A DNA stretch of 64,000 nucleotides from Waddliaceae bacterium (GTDB taxonomy: Bacteria; Chlamydiota; Chlamydiia; Chlamydiales; GCA-2709385), in NCBI GenBank assembly GCA_002709385.1, contig PAQS01000021.1, positions 3,387 through 67,386 of the forward strand, written 5' to 3'. Shown here piece by piece: positions 1 through 9,606 of the stretch; position 1 is the stretch's first letter, and each line of letters starts with the position of its first letter. The notes under the pieces were generated by a model, which was not told where the DNA came from, searched no databases, and was given only the letters and a program-made list of their open reading frames with translations. The translations under genes were made by a program, and so were the position numbers.

Positions 1-550
1 AAGTAGAGCGGTCGGTGGTTTTTGCTCCTAGAATAACGTTAACTAGGGTAAGTGGACCAGCAGCTATGGTCCATAAAAATTGCACTTGTTGAAAAGGCTT
101 CGGACAAGCTTTTTTAGTACGTTTCCAGACTTCCCGCAAAGTTGCTCGTCGAGTAGGGAGTATAGATCCTCCACGCTTTTCTTCTAAGTGGCGTCTATGT
201 AAAGCAACGTTTAAGAGTACATCTTGCTGTGTTGACGGCGTATTTTTATCAAAACACTCTTCTCTAGAAATACAGTAATCGCCTTTGTTAGTATGAATCC
301 AAAAAAATGCATTTGTAGTATTTCTGCTTTCGTTTTTATTCACCTGCTTAAGTTGATAACTATTTTCATTCGTTGAATTAAGTGAGCATAATTTAACTGA
401 TTCTATATTTTCGTTATTTTTGAGAATTTTAATGAATTTTTCTAGGTTGTGTATTTGTTTTACGGGTCTTTGCGAAATATTTATATTATCGTAGTTGTTT
501 GTGTAGTTGTTTATGTCTATGTTTCTGTTGTATTCTATTGGAGAAGTCAA
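1..550 (-). CDS. Hypothetical protein, 5' part only (runs off the window start); possible T3S substrate
   Basis: Manual translation: TTG at 550-548 after an AGGT RBS-like site gives MTSPIEYNRNIDINNYTNNYDNINISQRPVKQ...; no stop in 183 codons to the edge. Not in the ORF track. Confidence 0.7.
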   Translation of the reverse strand, partial: MTSPIEYNRNIDINNYTNNYDNINISQRPVKQIHNLEKFIKILKNNENIESVKLCSLNSTNENSYQLKQVNKNESRNTTNAFFWIHTNKGDYCISREECFDKNTPSTQQDVLLNVALHRRHLEEKRGGSILPTRRATLREVWKRTKKACPKPFQQVQFLWTIAAGPLTLVNVILGAKTTDRST

Positions 551-857
551 AACGCTACCTATAAATAAAAAATAACAGTTGTCTAATTTTAATTTTTATT
601 GTTAATTATTTAAATTTATTTTTTTGTATTTCTTTTTGTTTAAAGTATCTTTGAAGTTGAGTTGTTTAGTTAACTTAAAAACCTATTAAATAAACAAAAA
701 AAGCAAGTTTGAATTTATTCAGTGAGATTTGTAGTACTTTTATATTAAGCTTAGAGGAGGGGACGCTTCCGATTCGTTTATGATGGTAGGATTGGTAGTC
801 ATGAAAGGCTTAATCACTAAACAATTTGTTGCAAATAGGTGATAAAACCAATCCCTA

Positions 858-1037
858 ATGATACCAAGAATGAACTTGAATATATATAGGGGGCAAGGAG
901 CAATTCCTTTAGTTGTTGCGAAGGCTGGCTATTTAGGTAGAATAGCTATAGTCGTTCTCCCAATTTCACTCGTTGTTGATGTGATCAGCTTTGTTTTCCT
1001 TACGCTATTCAGTGTTTCTGAATTGAATAAAGGGTAA
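858..1037 (+). CDS. Small hydrophobic ORF (59 aa), possibly a YceK/YidQ-like remnant
   Basis: MIPRMNLNIYRGQGAIPLVVAKAGYLGRIAIVVLPISLVVDVISFVFLTLFSVSELNKG*; LPISLVVD resembles the YceK-type LPxSLxxD motif. An in-frame upstream segment from ATG 780 is cut by TGA-TAA at 840-845. Confidence 0.3.
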   Translation: MIPRMNLNIYRGQGAIPLVVAKAGYLGRIAIVVLPISLVVDVISFVFLTLFSVSELNKG

Positions 1038-1055
1038 AACATAACGCTAAGTATT

Positions 1056-1538
1056 TTATCTTGAGTATTGAGCAAGATATTGGCTGACATCTACATTGCC
1101 TACTTTATTTGCTATCTCAAGGGCAGTAAGCCCTTTTGGGAAAGAGATGCCATTACTAATACTCCAATCAGTTTTTTCCCTTGTTTTTGCATGGATATTT
1201 GCACCGGCTAAAACCAGTACTTTCACTGTTTCTAAAGCGTTACCTTCGTTGTTCCAATGATGACAAGCCGCATAGTGAAGGGGAGTCCATCCTTGTTTGT
1301 TGGCTTTGTTCAGTAAACCTTTTCCCGAAACCATATTGTTCAATATATAAGCGACTCGCTGGTAATTTCCTTGCAAGGCACTTAGTGAAAGAAGGTTATC
1401 ACCTCGTCCTGTAGTAACGTTTAGATTAAGACAAGAGATAGTGGATGCGTATCTTATAAAGTCTTCAAGTGGAGGATTTAGAGCCATGGTGTAGTTGAGT
1501 AATGTGTGGCTGGTGTTGATTACTTTTGCTGAGCTCAT
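1056..1538 (-). CDS. Ankyrin repeat protein
   Basis: GWTPLHYAA...VKVLVLAGANIHAK and GLTALEIA ankyrin consensus motifs. Confidence 0.85.
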   Translation of the reverse strand: MSSAKVINTSHTLLNYTMALNPPLEDFIRYASTISCLNLNVTTGRGDNLLSLSALQGNYQRVAYILNNMVSGKGLLNKANKQGWTPLHYAACHHWNNEGNALETVKVLVLAGANIHAKTREKTDWSISNGISFPKGLTALEIANKVGNVDVSQYLAQYSR

Positions 1539-1690
1539 ACTTGGGTGAGGTCCTGGTTTTTTTATGTTGATTTGGTGGCTATATTGCGGAGTAAGTGTTT
1601 TAATATCAAGAAGTAATGGGGAGATGGTTTTGCATATTATTAAAAATTTACCAAAGAGGCACTGAGATAAATGAGAAAGAGCCTAGGGGA

Positions 1691-3298
1691 TTACTCTTGG
1701 GTATCTTTAGCAAGAATATTATCTCTAATAGCAGCTTCCATAACCGCTGCCTGATAAGGCCTATTCGAAAGAATCGAAACTGTGATGCCATTTGATAGAA
1801 AACTTCCAAGAAAAGAGCTAGCAGAGTTAATCCGTCCGCCATGAGAGATCTCTCCTTCTTCCGGATAGAATTCGCCTCCATACTGACGAACAAGAGCGTT
1901 GAACTCGTCATCTTTAAACATGTCTGCCGCCCACTCTCCGAATTTTAATAGATCCTCAGCAGAAATCCAATAGCCTCCTGCTGGACCTCCTGCGATATGG
2001 GGAGCAATCAGATCATGTTCGTTGTAATGAGCTTTTTCTGGTTTCTCCGAACTAAATGAAGACAAAGCAGCAGGTTTGATGACAAACTCCTCTAGTATTT
2101 CGGAGTAAGTTTTTTTTGTTTCATGTGTTTGGTTGTAGTGATGTTGAATCGATAAACCCACTAAAAGAATACCAAGATTGCTATAATGGCTCTGTCCACT
2201 CTCTAAAGGAATGATCGTTTCTTCTGCATAATGCAAGAAGTCTTCAGCTGTTTCAATTTTTGGGATTGCACTGTTTTCTGTAATTGCTTGGAAAATAGCA
2301 GCCCCATAGCTACCCATATAGTCTCCCAAGCCACCTTGATGTAACATGATTTGATGCATAGTGGGGGCCTTACTTTTTCTAAGGTGGACTTTTACCTTAC
2401 TGGGTAGACTCTCAATCACTGAGAAATCTAACTGAATGGGTGCATCAAGAGCCTCTTTTGCAATGATTCCTTTTTTAATCATCTGAATAGCCAGAATTCC
2501 CGTGAAAACTTTCCCCACTGAATGTATTGCGAATGGGGTCGCAGAATCATCAATATTTTCAGAAGCCAATGTATGCGTTTTAGTACCATCGGAAAGGCTT
2601 ATAACTCCAGAAAATCCCGTCTCCTTTATATACTGCCATATTTGTCTTAGCTCTTGAGTTGTAATAGGGCCTCTATTTGGATTAGGAGGAGGTGATGGTG
2701 GTATAAGTTCTAATCCCTCTAAATAGTTGATCGTTCTTGCAATTCCCAATGGGAGAGTTTCAAACAAAACTAAAAAATCATTCTCCTTAGCAGCCTTCAA
2801 GGACTCTTTCAGTGCTTTTGCTAGTATATCATCAATATTTACAGTTGGGTCATACCGTGAACAGCTACGTATAAATCCAATAAACGCTTCGTGGTTATGA
2901 TTTGGGTCATTTTTTACTCTAAGTTCCCAGTACTTCTTAGCAATCGATCTCTTTAGTTTTGTTTCTTTACTTAACCATGAATCAGCTCTTTTGAGGTTTT
3001 TAATGCCAAGAGTCTGAATGCCTACATCGTACATCCTATCAATGAGACATATTGAAACATGGCTAATAAGAGGAAGCTCCTTGAAGTTCCGGGTGAGCTC
3101 TTCGATCGAGGATGGATTATTTTTGAGAGCTTGCTCTAGAAACATTTCGATTGTTTTAGTATCAGCTCCATTGTCCGAAATGACGAAGGATTTCCTAGAA
3201 GATGACTGAGGGTTGTAAGATTTTGTATTCGTCGAGCGAAGGTCAAAATCATAAGTATTGCTTTCAGTCGTAATCTTAAAATGAAAATCACTATCCAT
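1691..3298 (-). CDS. Serine hydrolase (beta-lactamase/AmpC-like superfamily) with ~210-aa N-terminal extension
   Basis: SxxK (SVGK), YSN and HGG motifs; start placed at ATG 3298 (track start 3310). Confidence 0.8.
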   Translation of the reverse strand: MDSDFHFKITTESNTYDFDLRSTNTKSYNPQSSSRKSFVISDNGADTKTIEMFLEQALKNNPSSIEELTRNFKELPLISHVSICLIDRMYDVGIQTLGIKNLKRADSWLSKETKLKRSIAKKYWELRVKNDPNHNHEAFIGFIRSCSRYDPTVNIDDILAKALKESLKAAKENDFLVLFETLPLGIARTINYLEGLELIPPSPPPNPNRGPITTQELRQIWQYIKETGFSGVISLSDGTKTHTLASENIDDSATPFAIHSVGKVFTGILAIQMIKKGIIAKEALDAPIQLDFSVIESLPSKVKVHLRKSKAPTMHQIMLHQGGLGDYMGSYGAAIFQAITENSAIPKIETAEDFLHYAEETIIPLESGQSHYSNLGILLVGLSIQHHYNQTHETKKTYSEILEEFVIKPAALSSFSSEKPEKAHYNEHDLIAPHIAGGPAGGYWISAEDLLKFGEWAADMFKDDEFNALVRQYGGEFYPEEGEISHGGRINSASSFLGSFLSNGITVSILSNRPYQAAVMEAAIRDNILAKDTQE

Positions 3299-3388
3299 TA
3301 TGAGCACCAAAATAAATAAGTGGATTTAGGATAGCAAAATAGCGGCTGTTTGCAAAAACTAATTTGCTTCTCTCTTGATAGTTTTATG

Positions 3389-3877
3389 CTATTTAAGCGA
3401 TTTTTCTATGGTCGAAACCTTAATAACCATCGTCATTGGCCGCTCTTTTAATGTCTTAAAGCCATACCTTGAATAAAAACTAACTGCTTTCTCATTTTTA
3501 GCATCTACAACCACTACGCGTCCCCCCATACCATTGGAGAGGTTCAAGCATTTTTTTAAAGCATGTTGTAAAATCATGGCTCCTACTCCTTTTCCCTGAA
3601 GCTTCAGAGAAACTGCTAAACGACCAATTCTAATTGCAGGAACCGAAGGATATGGCACACCTCTTCCTTCTTTTGGAATCAAATCTTTTTGTAATTCCGA
3701 AGGAGAAACACTGTAGTAAGCAATGACTTTAGACTGATCATCCATTGCTACCATAGTTAACGAAAGCCGTTGCTTTGCTTCTTGGATAGCTCGTTTTAGC
3801 AAAAAATCGTTAAGCTCTTTCACACCACAATCAAAACCTTCTAGGTTGATTTTAGTACTGAGTTTTTGAAAATTCAT
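3389..3877 (-). CDS. GNAT-family acetyltransferase toxin (AtaT/TacT/KacT-like)
   Basis: FDCGVKELNDFL, IGRLAV, QGKGVG acetyl-CoA motif, VVVDAKNEKAVSFYSRYGF. Confidence 0.85.
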   Translation of the reverse strand: MNFQKLSTKINLEGFDCGVKELNDFLLKRAIQEAKQRLSLTMVAMDDQSKVIAYYSVSPSELQKDLIPKEGRGVPYPSVPAIRIGRLAVSLKLQGKGVGAMILQHALKKCLNLSNGMGGRVVVVDAKNEKAVSFYSRYGFKTLKERPMTMVIKVSTIEKSLK

Positions 3878-3881
3878 TTGC

Positions 3882-4154
3882 CTACTTCTTCTGCATCAGT
3901 TTTTGGAGATTCTCGTTTGGCTCGTCGTCAGCCTCTAAAATCTTCTCAAAGTTTTCCCACTCCTTATCTGAAAGATAGAGAGGAGAAGAAGTTGACTGGG
4001 TTCTTTCGTATTCTCTCTTCGAAAGGAATTCGACAGGTTCTAAAATTAATCGATCATTATCCTCGATGATTCGGAAGTGCTGACCCGCAGCAGCTTTACC
4101 CAGGTTAATTCTTCCTTGTGTGTCCGCAGACCTAACGTTCTCTATTTCAGCCAT
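3882..4154 (-). CDS. Antitoxin with AbrB/MazE-like N-terminus and DUF1778-like C-terminus
   Basis: 90 aa, 4 bp upstream of the toxin; DTQGRINLGK...LILEP (AbrB-like); LSDKEWENFEKILEADDEPNENLQKLM (DUF1778-like tail); RBS AAGGAGG at 4166-4160. Confidence 0.75.
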   Translation of the reverse strand: MAEIENVRSADTQGRINLGKAAAGQHFRIIEDNDRLILEPVEFLSKREYERTQSTSSPLYLSDKEWENFEKILEADDEPNENLQKLMQKK

Positions 4155-4176
4155 ACCGACCTCCTTATTCTTTCCT

Positions 4177-4234
4177 ATTATAACATATTTCTTTTTAGTA
4201 AAAAAGGTTTTTAGGTAAAATCCCTTTTTACCTA
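4177..4234 (-). promoter_or_regulatory. TA operon promoter (extended -10 TGnTATAAT) and palindromic putative operator
   Basis: TGTTATAAT at 4185-4177; inverted repeat TAGGTAAAA-N5-TTTTACCTA at 4212-4234. Confidence 0.6.
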
Positions 4235-4366
4235 TTAGTGTTTATGTTTTTATCGATAAATGAATTGAAAGAAGTTTTATTTACAATTCAGAAAGCTAAG
4301 AAGTAAAACAAAGAAATAGAACTTCTGTTTAAGATAATGATTATAAGTATTTTATATGTAGAAAGT

Positions 4367-4831
4367 TTAAGGGGTGAGGCCGAAGGCGCGTCCACTTCCT
4401 CCAGGGCCTTCGCTTGTTGTACCTGCTGGGGTTTCTCCACGCTCGATGATGCCTTTCCAAGTCTCTGCTTTTTTGGCAAAATAACTCAAAAATTCAAAAA
4501 CCTCTTCCGCTGTGACTTCTTTTAAAGCTAATGAATCAAAAAGAAGCAAGGTCTCTGTTTGAGTGCTATAAGCAAACTTGCCATAACGTGGCTCTGGGCG
4601 GCCATTTGCCTGTAAGGCATGAGCCATGATTTCTCGGCGATACGCTCCAGGTGGTATCGGACCAAGGTCAGCCCCAATCATCAATGCTTCTTCTTCACCA
4701 TCTGGCTCCATTTGTATTTTGATTCCATTTTCTAGAGTAAATAAGCAGGTGTTTTTTTCGTCAGCTTTTAACTCAGAATTGAACAGCTTCCCTAAATCAT
4801 GAATAAGATCAGAAAATACTTCACCAGCCAT
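4367..4831 (-). CDS. scc1: T3S class I chaperone Scc1 (SycE/CesT family)
   Basis: CesT-type sequence, directly downstream of copN as in Chlamydia. Confidence 0.85.
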   Translation of the reverse strand: MAGEVFSDLIHDLGKLFNSELKADEKNTCLFTLENGIKIQMEPDGEEEALMIGADLGPIPPGAYRREIMAHALQANGRPEPRYGKFAYSTQTETLLLFDSLALKEVTAEEVFEFLSYFAKKAETWKGIIERGETPAGTTSEGPGGSGRAFGLTP

Positions 4832-4834
4832 ACA

Positions 4835-6058
4835 TTACTCTCTCTTCTTTTTCTTACTTTTATCTTCGTGTTTTTTTCCTTCGAGTTCTTCTTTTTCTAA
4901 TTCGACTTCTAACTCTTCTAGCTCTGCTTCAAGGTCTTCAAGAAGTTCAATAATGGCTTGTAGCACTTCATCTCGATGGCTAACGGATTTATAAATAAGA
5001 TCTAGGGCCATTTGCCGCACAGCATCTCGCATTTGTGAAAACACAATAATCTTCGCTTGTGTCCAATCATCAATACGAAGCTTTTTACCCCCGCGGAGAA
5101 GTTTATCTGGAGTAGGGTAGCGCTCCGCTGCAAAACGCATAAACTGGCGAGCCATGGTCTCAAAGGTACATTGCTTGGGGAGAGTCAGACCATTATCTTC
5201 AAATTGTTTACGAACCAGATTCATGCGGCCAAAGAAAAAGCGATAGACTCCTAAAACGGCTTGTAAGGTACGGCTTTCTCTAATCAGGTTGCTAAGAAGC
5301 CCTCTCGGAATAGAAGCCCCTTTGGACTTTAAATCTGCTCCTAAAGAGTGGAAAAGAAACTTACAAACTTGGCTGAGCTGTTTGTAATTGAATTTTGTCG
5401 CAAATTCTTCAAAAAGCTGGGTTGCTGGACGGGGATTGTGAATAAGGTCTCGATACATGTCTCGTAGAGCTGTTGGGCTACCAAGACCTTTTTCAGAGAA
5501 TTCACGAACCTTAGCTCGAATATTTTTCCCTGCCGTAATATCTGTTTTATGGGCAGAATTGAGTTCGTCTTTTGCTTTGCGAACAGCTTCTCCCAGTTCT
5601 CCTGTAGTCCCTTCTTCAAGGAACTCCAATGCCTCATCTGCAAGAGATACATCTTCGAAGAACTCTTGTACTTTTTCAAGAATTTCTTCTGGATCCATTC
5701 CTTCTTTCAGTTGCTCTCTGAGAAGGAGAAGGTTTTTTGATCCCAGTTCATGATTACGCTTAGCAAACTTGTCAGCGAGTTGCTGCATATGTTTACTTAC
5801 AGGGCGTTTTTTTGTTTTATCCCCCGATTCTTGGGCTTTTTGTAGGCGGCGAAGTTTGTTTTCTTTATCGAGGCGTTTTTTTTCACGGATTTTACGAGCG
5901 AAGGGGTTACTTCGCTCCATCATCATATCCTTCATGGTGTCTTGGGCCCAATCCTGCTTGGCCATGCGTAGATCAGCTTTTTCTTGAACATCGTCAAGAA
6001 GCTGATCCAGCTTGGCGCTAGAGGAATGGATACTTTCAGGACCGCGTATTTCTGCCAT
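4835..6058 (-). CDS. copN: T3S gatekeeper CopN (SctW)
   Basis: HrpJ/YopN-like (DVSLADEALEFL, ITAGKNI, SPTALRDMYRD, LGADLKS); lies between sctV and scc1. Confidence 0.9.
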   Translation of the reverse strand: MAEIRGPESIHSSSAKLDQLLDDVQEKADLRMAKQDWAQDTMKDMMMERSNPFARKIREKKRLDKENKLRRLQKAQESGDKTKKRPVSKHMQQLADKFAKRNHELGSKNLLLLREQLKEGMDPEEILEKVQEFFEDVSLADEALEFLEEGTTGELGEAVRKAKDELNSAHKTDITAGKNIRAKVREFSEKGLGSPTALRDMYRDLIHNPRPATQLFEEFATKFNYKQLSQVCKFLFHSLGADLKSKGASIPRGLLSNLIRESRTLQAVLGVYRFFFGRMNLVRKQFEDNGLTLPKQCTFETMARQFMRFAAERYPTPDKLLRGGKKLRIDDWTQAKIIVFSQMRDAVRQMALDLIYKSVSHRDEVLQAIIELLEDLEAELEELEVELEKEELEGKKHEDKSKKKKRE

Positions 6059-6078
6059 GAAGGACTATGCCTCCTGTT

Positions 6079-8238
6079 TTATGAAATCTGGATCCTTCCT
6101 AAAGGTTGTATCCGGATTTCTGGGATGATTTCCTGATAAGACACGACAGAAATATCAGGAAACTCCATTTCAATTAACTTTCGTACAAAACGTCGCACGT
6201 CAATTGCCGTTAGAAGAACTGGGGGCTGGCCTCCAGGAGGTGGGGCAGTGACGGTATTGCGGATTCCTTGCAGAATCAATTGCACAGAATCCGGATCTAA
6301 AGCGAGGTAAGACCCAGCAGATGTTTGCTTGATCGCACCACGTACCATATCCTCAATTTCAGGGTCTAAAATATAGACCGAAAGAACCGTTTGTCCTTGA
6401 GAATATTTGTAACTCACATAGCGCTTAAGGGATGAACGCACATATTCAGATAATAAGACTGTATCCTTCTCTGTTTGAGCCCATTCAGCCAATGCTTCCA
6501 TGATTGTTCGTAAATCGCGAACGCTAATCTGCTCTTGAATCAAACGCTTAAAGATATCCGTCATTTTTTGCAGAGGAATCAATCGCGTTACTTCTTTCAC
6601 CAAATCAGGGAAAGATTTCTCCATAAACTCAAGAATACCTTTTACTTCTTGAATTCCAAGGAATTCATTGGCGTAATGCCGGAAGAAGTGAGTAAGGTGA
6701 AGGATGACCACTTCGAGGGACTCCCAATACTGAATCCCAGCACTTTTCATGAGCTCTTTATTGTGCGCTTCTACCCAAAGAGAAGGAAGGCCAAGAGAGT
6801 TTTTGTAAGTGGTGAATGAAATATTATAACGCTTTAAGTTTTCCGCAGATTCGTTTGTTAGTACGTATCCATTTAGTACTTTACCACGAATTACGGGTAC
6901 TTCATTGAGTAGGATAGAATACTCTTCAGACTCTAAAGTAGGTGACTCAGTTCGTGCGTGAACCCCTGGAAAACGAACACCAAGTTCGTTGTACAAAGCC
7001 ATACGCATGCGAGGAATCATCTCTTCCATGAAGTCTGCTTGACGAGTTTTTTTCTGGATTTCGTCAGATAAGAAGCTTCCTAACTCCAAAACAACCGGCA
7101 AGGTTAGCTGATAAGAATCAACTCCACCACCAGTGATGGCCGAGTGTCCTGCTACATCCGTTTCTACCACTGGAGAAGTGGCAGTTCCGGAGGAACCTGA
7201 TTTTTTTGCGCGAGCTTTTCGCTTTTCTTCAGCTTGTAATAAAGCGTATGCCACCATTCCAATCACTGCGGCTAAGCCTAGGAAAGGAGTGGTAGGGAAG
7301 GCTGGCACTAAACCTAAAGCAACCAAAACCCCGGCAGTCATTAATAGGGCTTTTGGTTTGTTTAAGATTTGTGAACTAATATCACGCCCAAGGTTGGCTT
7401 GGGGATCTTCACTAGATACTCGTGTGGTTACGATACCTGCAGTAATCGAAATCAAGAGGGCTGGAATCTGAGAGACAAGTCCGTCACCAATAGATAGAAG
7501 GGAGAATGTCTGGGCCGCTTCAGCCGCAGTCATATCTTTCTGCATCATCCCAATAATCAAACCACCGACGATGTTGATTAAGGTGATGACAATCCCTGCG
7601 ATGGCATCCCCTTTTACGAATTTCATCGCACCATCCATCGCACCGTAAAGCTGACTTTCTTTACCAATAGCTTCCCGTTTTGAACGAGCTTGATGCTGGT
7701 CAATGATCCCCGCACGTAAATCGGCGTCAATTGCCATCTGCTTACCAGGCATGGCGTCTAGGGTGAAACGGGCAGCAACCTCGGCCACACGCTCAGCACC
7801 CTTGGTAATCACCAAGAACTGTACAAGGGTGATGATCAAGAAGATTACACCACCGACAACGAAGTTTCCTTGTACGACGAAATCCCCGAAGGCAAAGATA
7901 ATTTCCCCCGCATCAGCATAAAGAAGAATACGGCGAGTCGTTGAAATGTTGATCCCCAATCGGAAAAGAGTCGTAATCAGAAGCAGTGAGGGGAAAATAG
8001 ATAAGTGTACTGCACTTTGGATGTACAGAGAGATCAACAGCAGGGCTACGGCCGCTGTGAGGTTCAATGCAATGAAAAAATCCACTGCAGGAGCAGGCAG
8101 AGGTAAAATCATCATTCCGACGATCATTACCATGAGAACTGCTAAGACGAGATCACTCGATCGCGTAATTGTCTGTAACGCACGGTCGCCACCGAGTAGG
8201 TTGGCTATCCTGTCCAGACCGCGGGTTAAAAAATCCAT
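6079..8238 (-). CDS. sctV: T3S export gate protein SctV/CdsV (LcrD family)
   Basis: RVAEVAARFTLDAMPGKQMAIDADL, GAMDGAMKFVKGDAIAG. Confidence 0.97.
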   Translation of the reverse strand: MDFLTRGLDRIANLLGGDRALQTITRSSDLVLAVLMVMIVGMMILPLPAPAVDFFIALNLTAAVALLLISLYIQSAVHLSIFPSLLLITTLFRLGINISTTRRILLYADAGEIIFAFGDFVVQGNFVVGGVIFLIITLVQFLVITKGAERVAEVAARFTLDAMPGKQMAIDADLRAGIIDQHQARSKREAIGKESQLYGAMDGAMKFVKGDAIAGIVITLINIVGGLIIGMMQKDMTAAEAAQTFSLLSIGDGLVSQIPALLISITAGIVTTRVSSEDPQANLGRDISSQILNKPKALLMTAGVLVALGLVPAFPTTPFLGLAAVIGMVAYALLQAEEKRKARAKKSGSSGTATSPVVETDVAGHSAITGGGVDSYQLTLPVVLELGSFLSDEIQKKTRQADFMEEMIPRMRMALYNELGVRFPGVHARTESPTLESEEYSILLNEVPVIRGKVLNGYVLTNESAENLKRYNISFTTYKNSLGLPSLWVEAHNKELMKSAGIQYWESLEVVILHLTHFFRHYANEFLGIQEVKGILEFMEKSFPDLVKEVTRLIPLQKMTDIFKRLIQEQISVRDLRTIMEALAEWAQTEKDTVLLSEYVRSSLKRYVSYKYSQGQTVLSVYILDPEIEDMVRGAIKQTSAGSYLALDPDSVQLILQGIRNTVTAPPPGGQPPVLLTAIDVRRFVRKLIEMEFPDISVVSYQEIIPEIRIQPLGRIQIS

Positions 8239-8241
8239 TCC

Positions 8242-9321
8242 TTATGACTCCGGTTCTTCGTATTCGTCCAATTCAGCTCCAGATTCTAAAGACTCAATCC
8301 ATCGGAGAATCTCAGCCAGGGCTTCATAGGTATCTTCAGGTACATAGCGAAATTCTTCTCCTCGCTCATATAAATCACGGGCAAGTGGGATATTTCGCAT
8401 CACAGGTATTCCAAATTCTTCGGCAAGTTCAATAATATATTTAGCTGCCGCATCTGCTCCAATACACAAAATATACGGGGCAGGGTCTAATTCCTTCTCA
8501 AAGCCAATGGCAATAGCAAGGTGAGTCGGGTTCGTGACCACTGCTTTGGCTTTTTTTACGTGACCGCGAGGACCATCAGAATAAGCAATCTCTCTCGCAA
8601 TCTCTTTTCGTTTTGACTTGATTTTTGGGTCACCTTCAGTGTTCTTATACTCCTGCTTGATTTCAAACTTCTCCATCTTCATCTCATTGGCGAAGTTATA
8701 CTTCTGATACGCCAAATCCGCCACAGCGATGACAACAAAGAAAAGACCCACTTTCCACACCACTTCCATCAAAAAGTAGTAGAAAATCGTTAGAGCAGAC
8801 AACATATCTAACTCAACCGTATGGGTCAAAACAGGTAAACTCTTAGCTACCGTCCCATAAATCAAATAACCTGCACCAAAAACCTTAAACAAAGACTTAA
8901 GTAATTCGAACAAAGTCTTCATCTTAAACTTGTTTTTGATGTTAGTGACTGGATTAAACTTCTTAATATCAGGTTTAAATACTTCAGTTGAAAAAACCGG
9001 ACCAATAATCAGAAAATTTACGATAATACCAACCACACTTACACCTACTAATATCGGCATACTGGTCATAAAGATTACCATCGCTCCTTCCATGAACAAG
9101 GCAGCACCATTCTGAGTCATGTCCATAGTAGGAATACTACTAAAAGTACCTATGATAAAAGCACCAAGATGATCGTAGAGATATCCAACCATAGCCAAAA
9201 CAATGCTGATGGAAACAGCAAAAGTAAATGCAGATGGAAAGTCTTGAGACTTGGCAACTTGACCCTTTTTCCGCGCATCGCGCAGCTTTTTCGGGGTTGC
9301 CTTTTCCGTTTTTTCTCCCAT
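8242..9321 (-). CDS. sctU: T3S substrate-specificity switch SctU/CdsU
   Basis: MGEKTEKATPKKLRDARKKGQVAKS start (ATG 9321, GGAG RBS); NPTH autocleavage motif. Confidence 0.95.
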   Translation of the reverse strand: MGEKTEKATPKKLRDARKKGQVAKSQDFPSAFTFAVSISIVLAMVGYLYDHLGAFIIGTFSSIPTMDMTQNGAALFMEGAMVIFMTSMPILVGVSVVGIIVNFLIIGPVFSTEVFKPDIKKFNPVTNIKNKFKMKTLFELLKSLFKVFGAGYLIYGTVAKSLPVLTHTVELDMLSALTIFYYFLMEVVWKVGLFFVVIAVADLAYQKYNFANEMKMEKFEIKQEYKNTEGDPKIKSKRKEIAREIAYSDGPRGHVKKAKAVVTNPTHLAIAIGFEKELDPAPYILCIGADAAAKYIIELAEEFGIPVMRNIPLARDLYERGEEFRYVPEDTYEALAEILRWIESLESGAELDEYEEPES

Positions 9322-9357
9322 CCTAACTCCCTTTAGGACAACAATCCTCCTTACTAT

Positions 9358-9387
9358 AGTATAGGCTATAAAAAAGGAAGGTGTCAA
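9358..9387 (-). promoter_or_regulatory. sigma66/sigma70-type promoter of the sctU-sctV-copN-scc1 operon
   Basis: TTGACA (9387-9382)-N18-TATACT (9363-9358). Confidence 0.65.
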
Positions 9388-9606
9388 GTAATTCTTTATT
9401 AATAATTAACGGTTTTATATAATCTTATTCAGTTAATTTACCAATACCGTATTTTCGTAGTAATGTTAATATTTTTTAAAAAAAACATTGTTTTGAGAGA
9501 AAAAATAATCTGATCACTATAGCACGAAGCTCTTAAAATGTCGCTTATTGGACTTGTTTTGTGTTATAGTTACGGCTTTTAGGAAACATCAAGGTAGAAA
9601 AAACAG

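Noticed and set aside
560..720. Shared TTAATTAT-like motif upstream of effector candidates (also near 38310 and 46175)
   Set aside because: These regions are extremely AT-rich, so such matches are expected by chance; needs motif statistics.
5057..9115. Many 60-130 aa plus-strand ORFs opposite the T3SS genes (similar ones lie opposite infB, nusA, rpsA, opp and the giant gene)
   Set aside because: Antisense or alternate-frame shadows of well-conserved genes, with no RBS or recognisable motifs.
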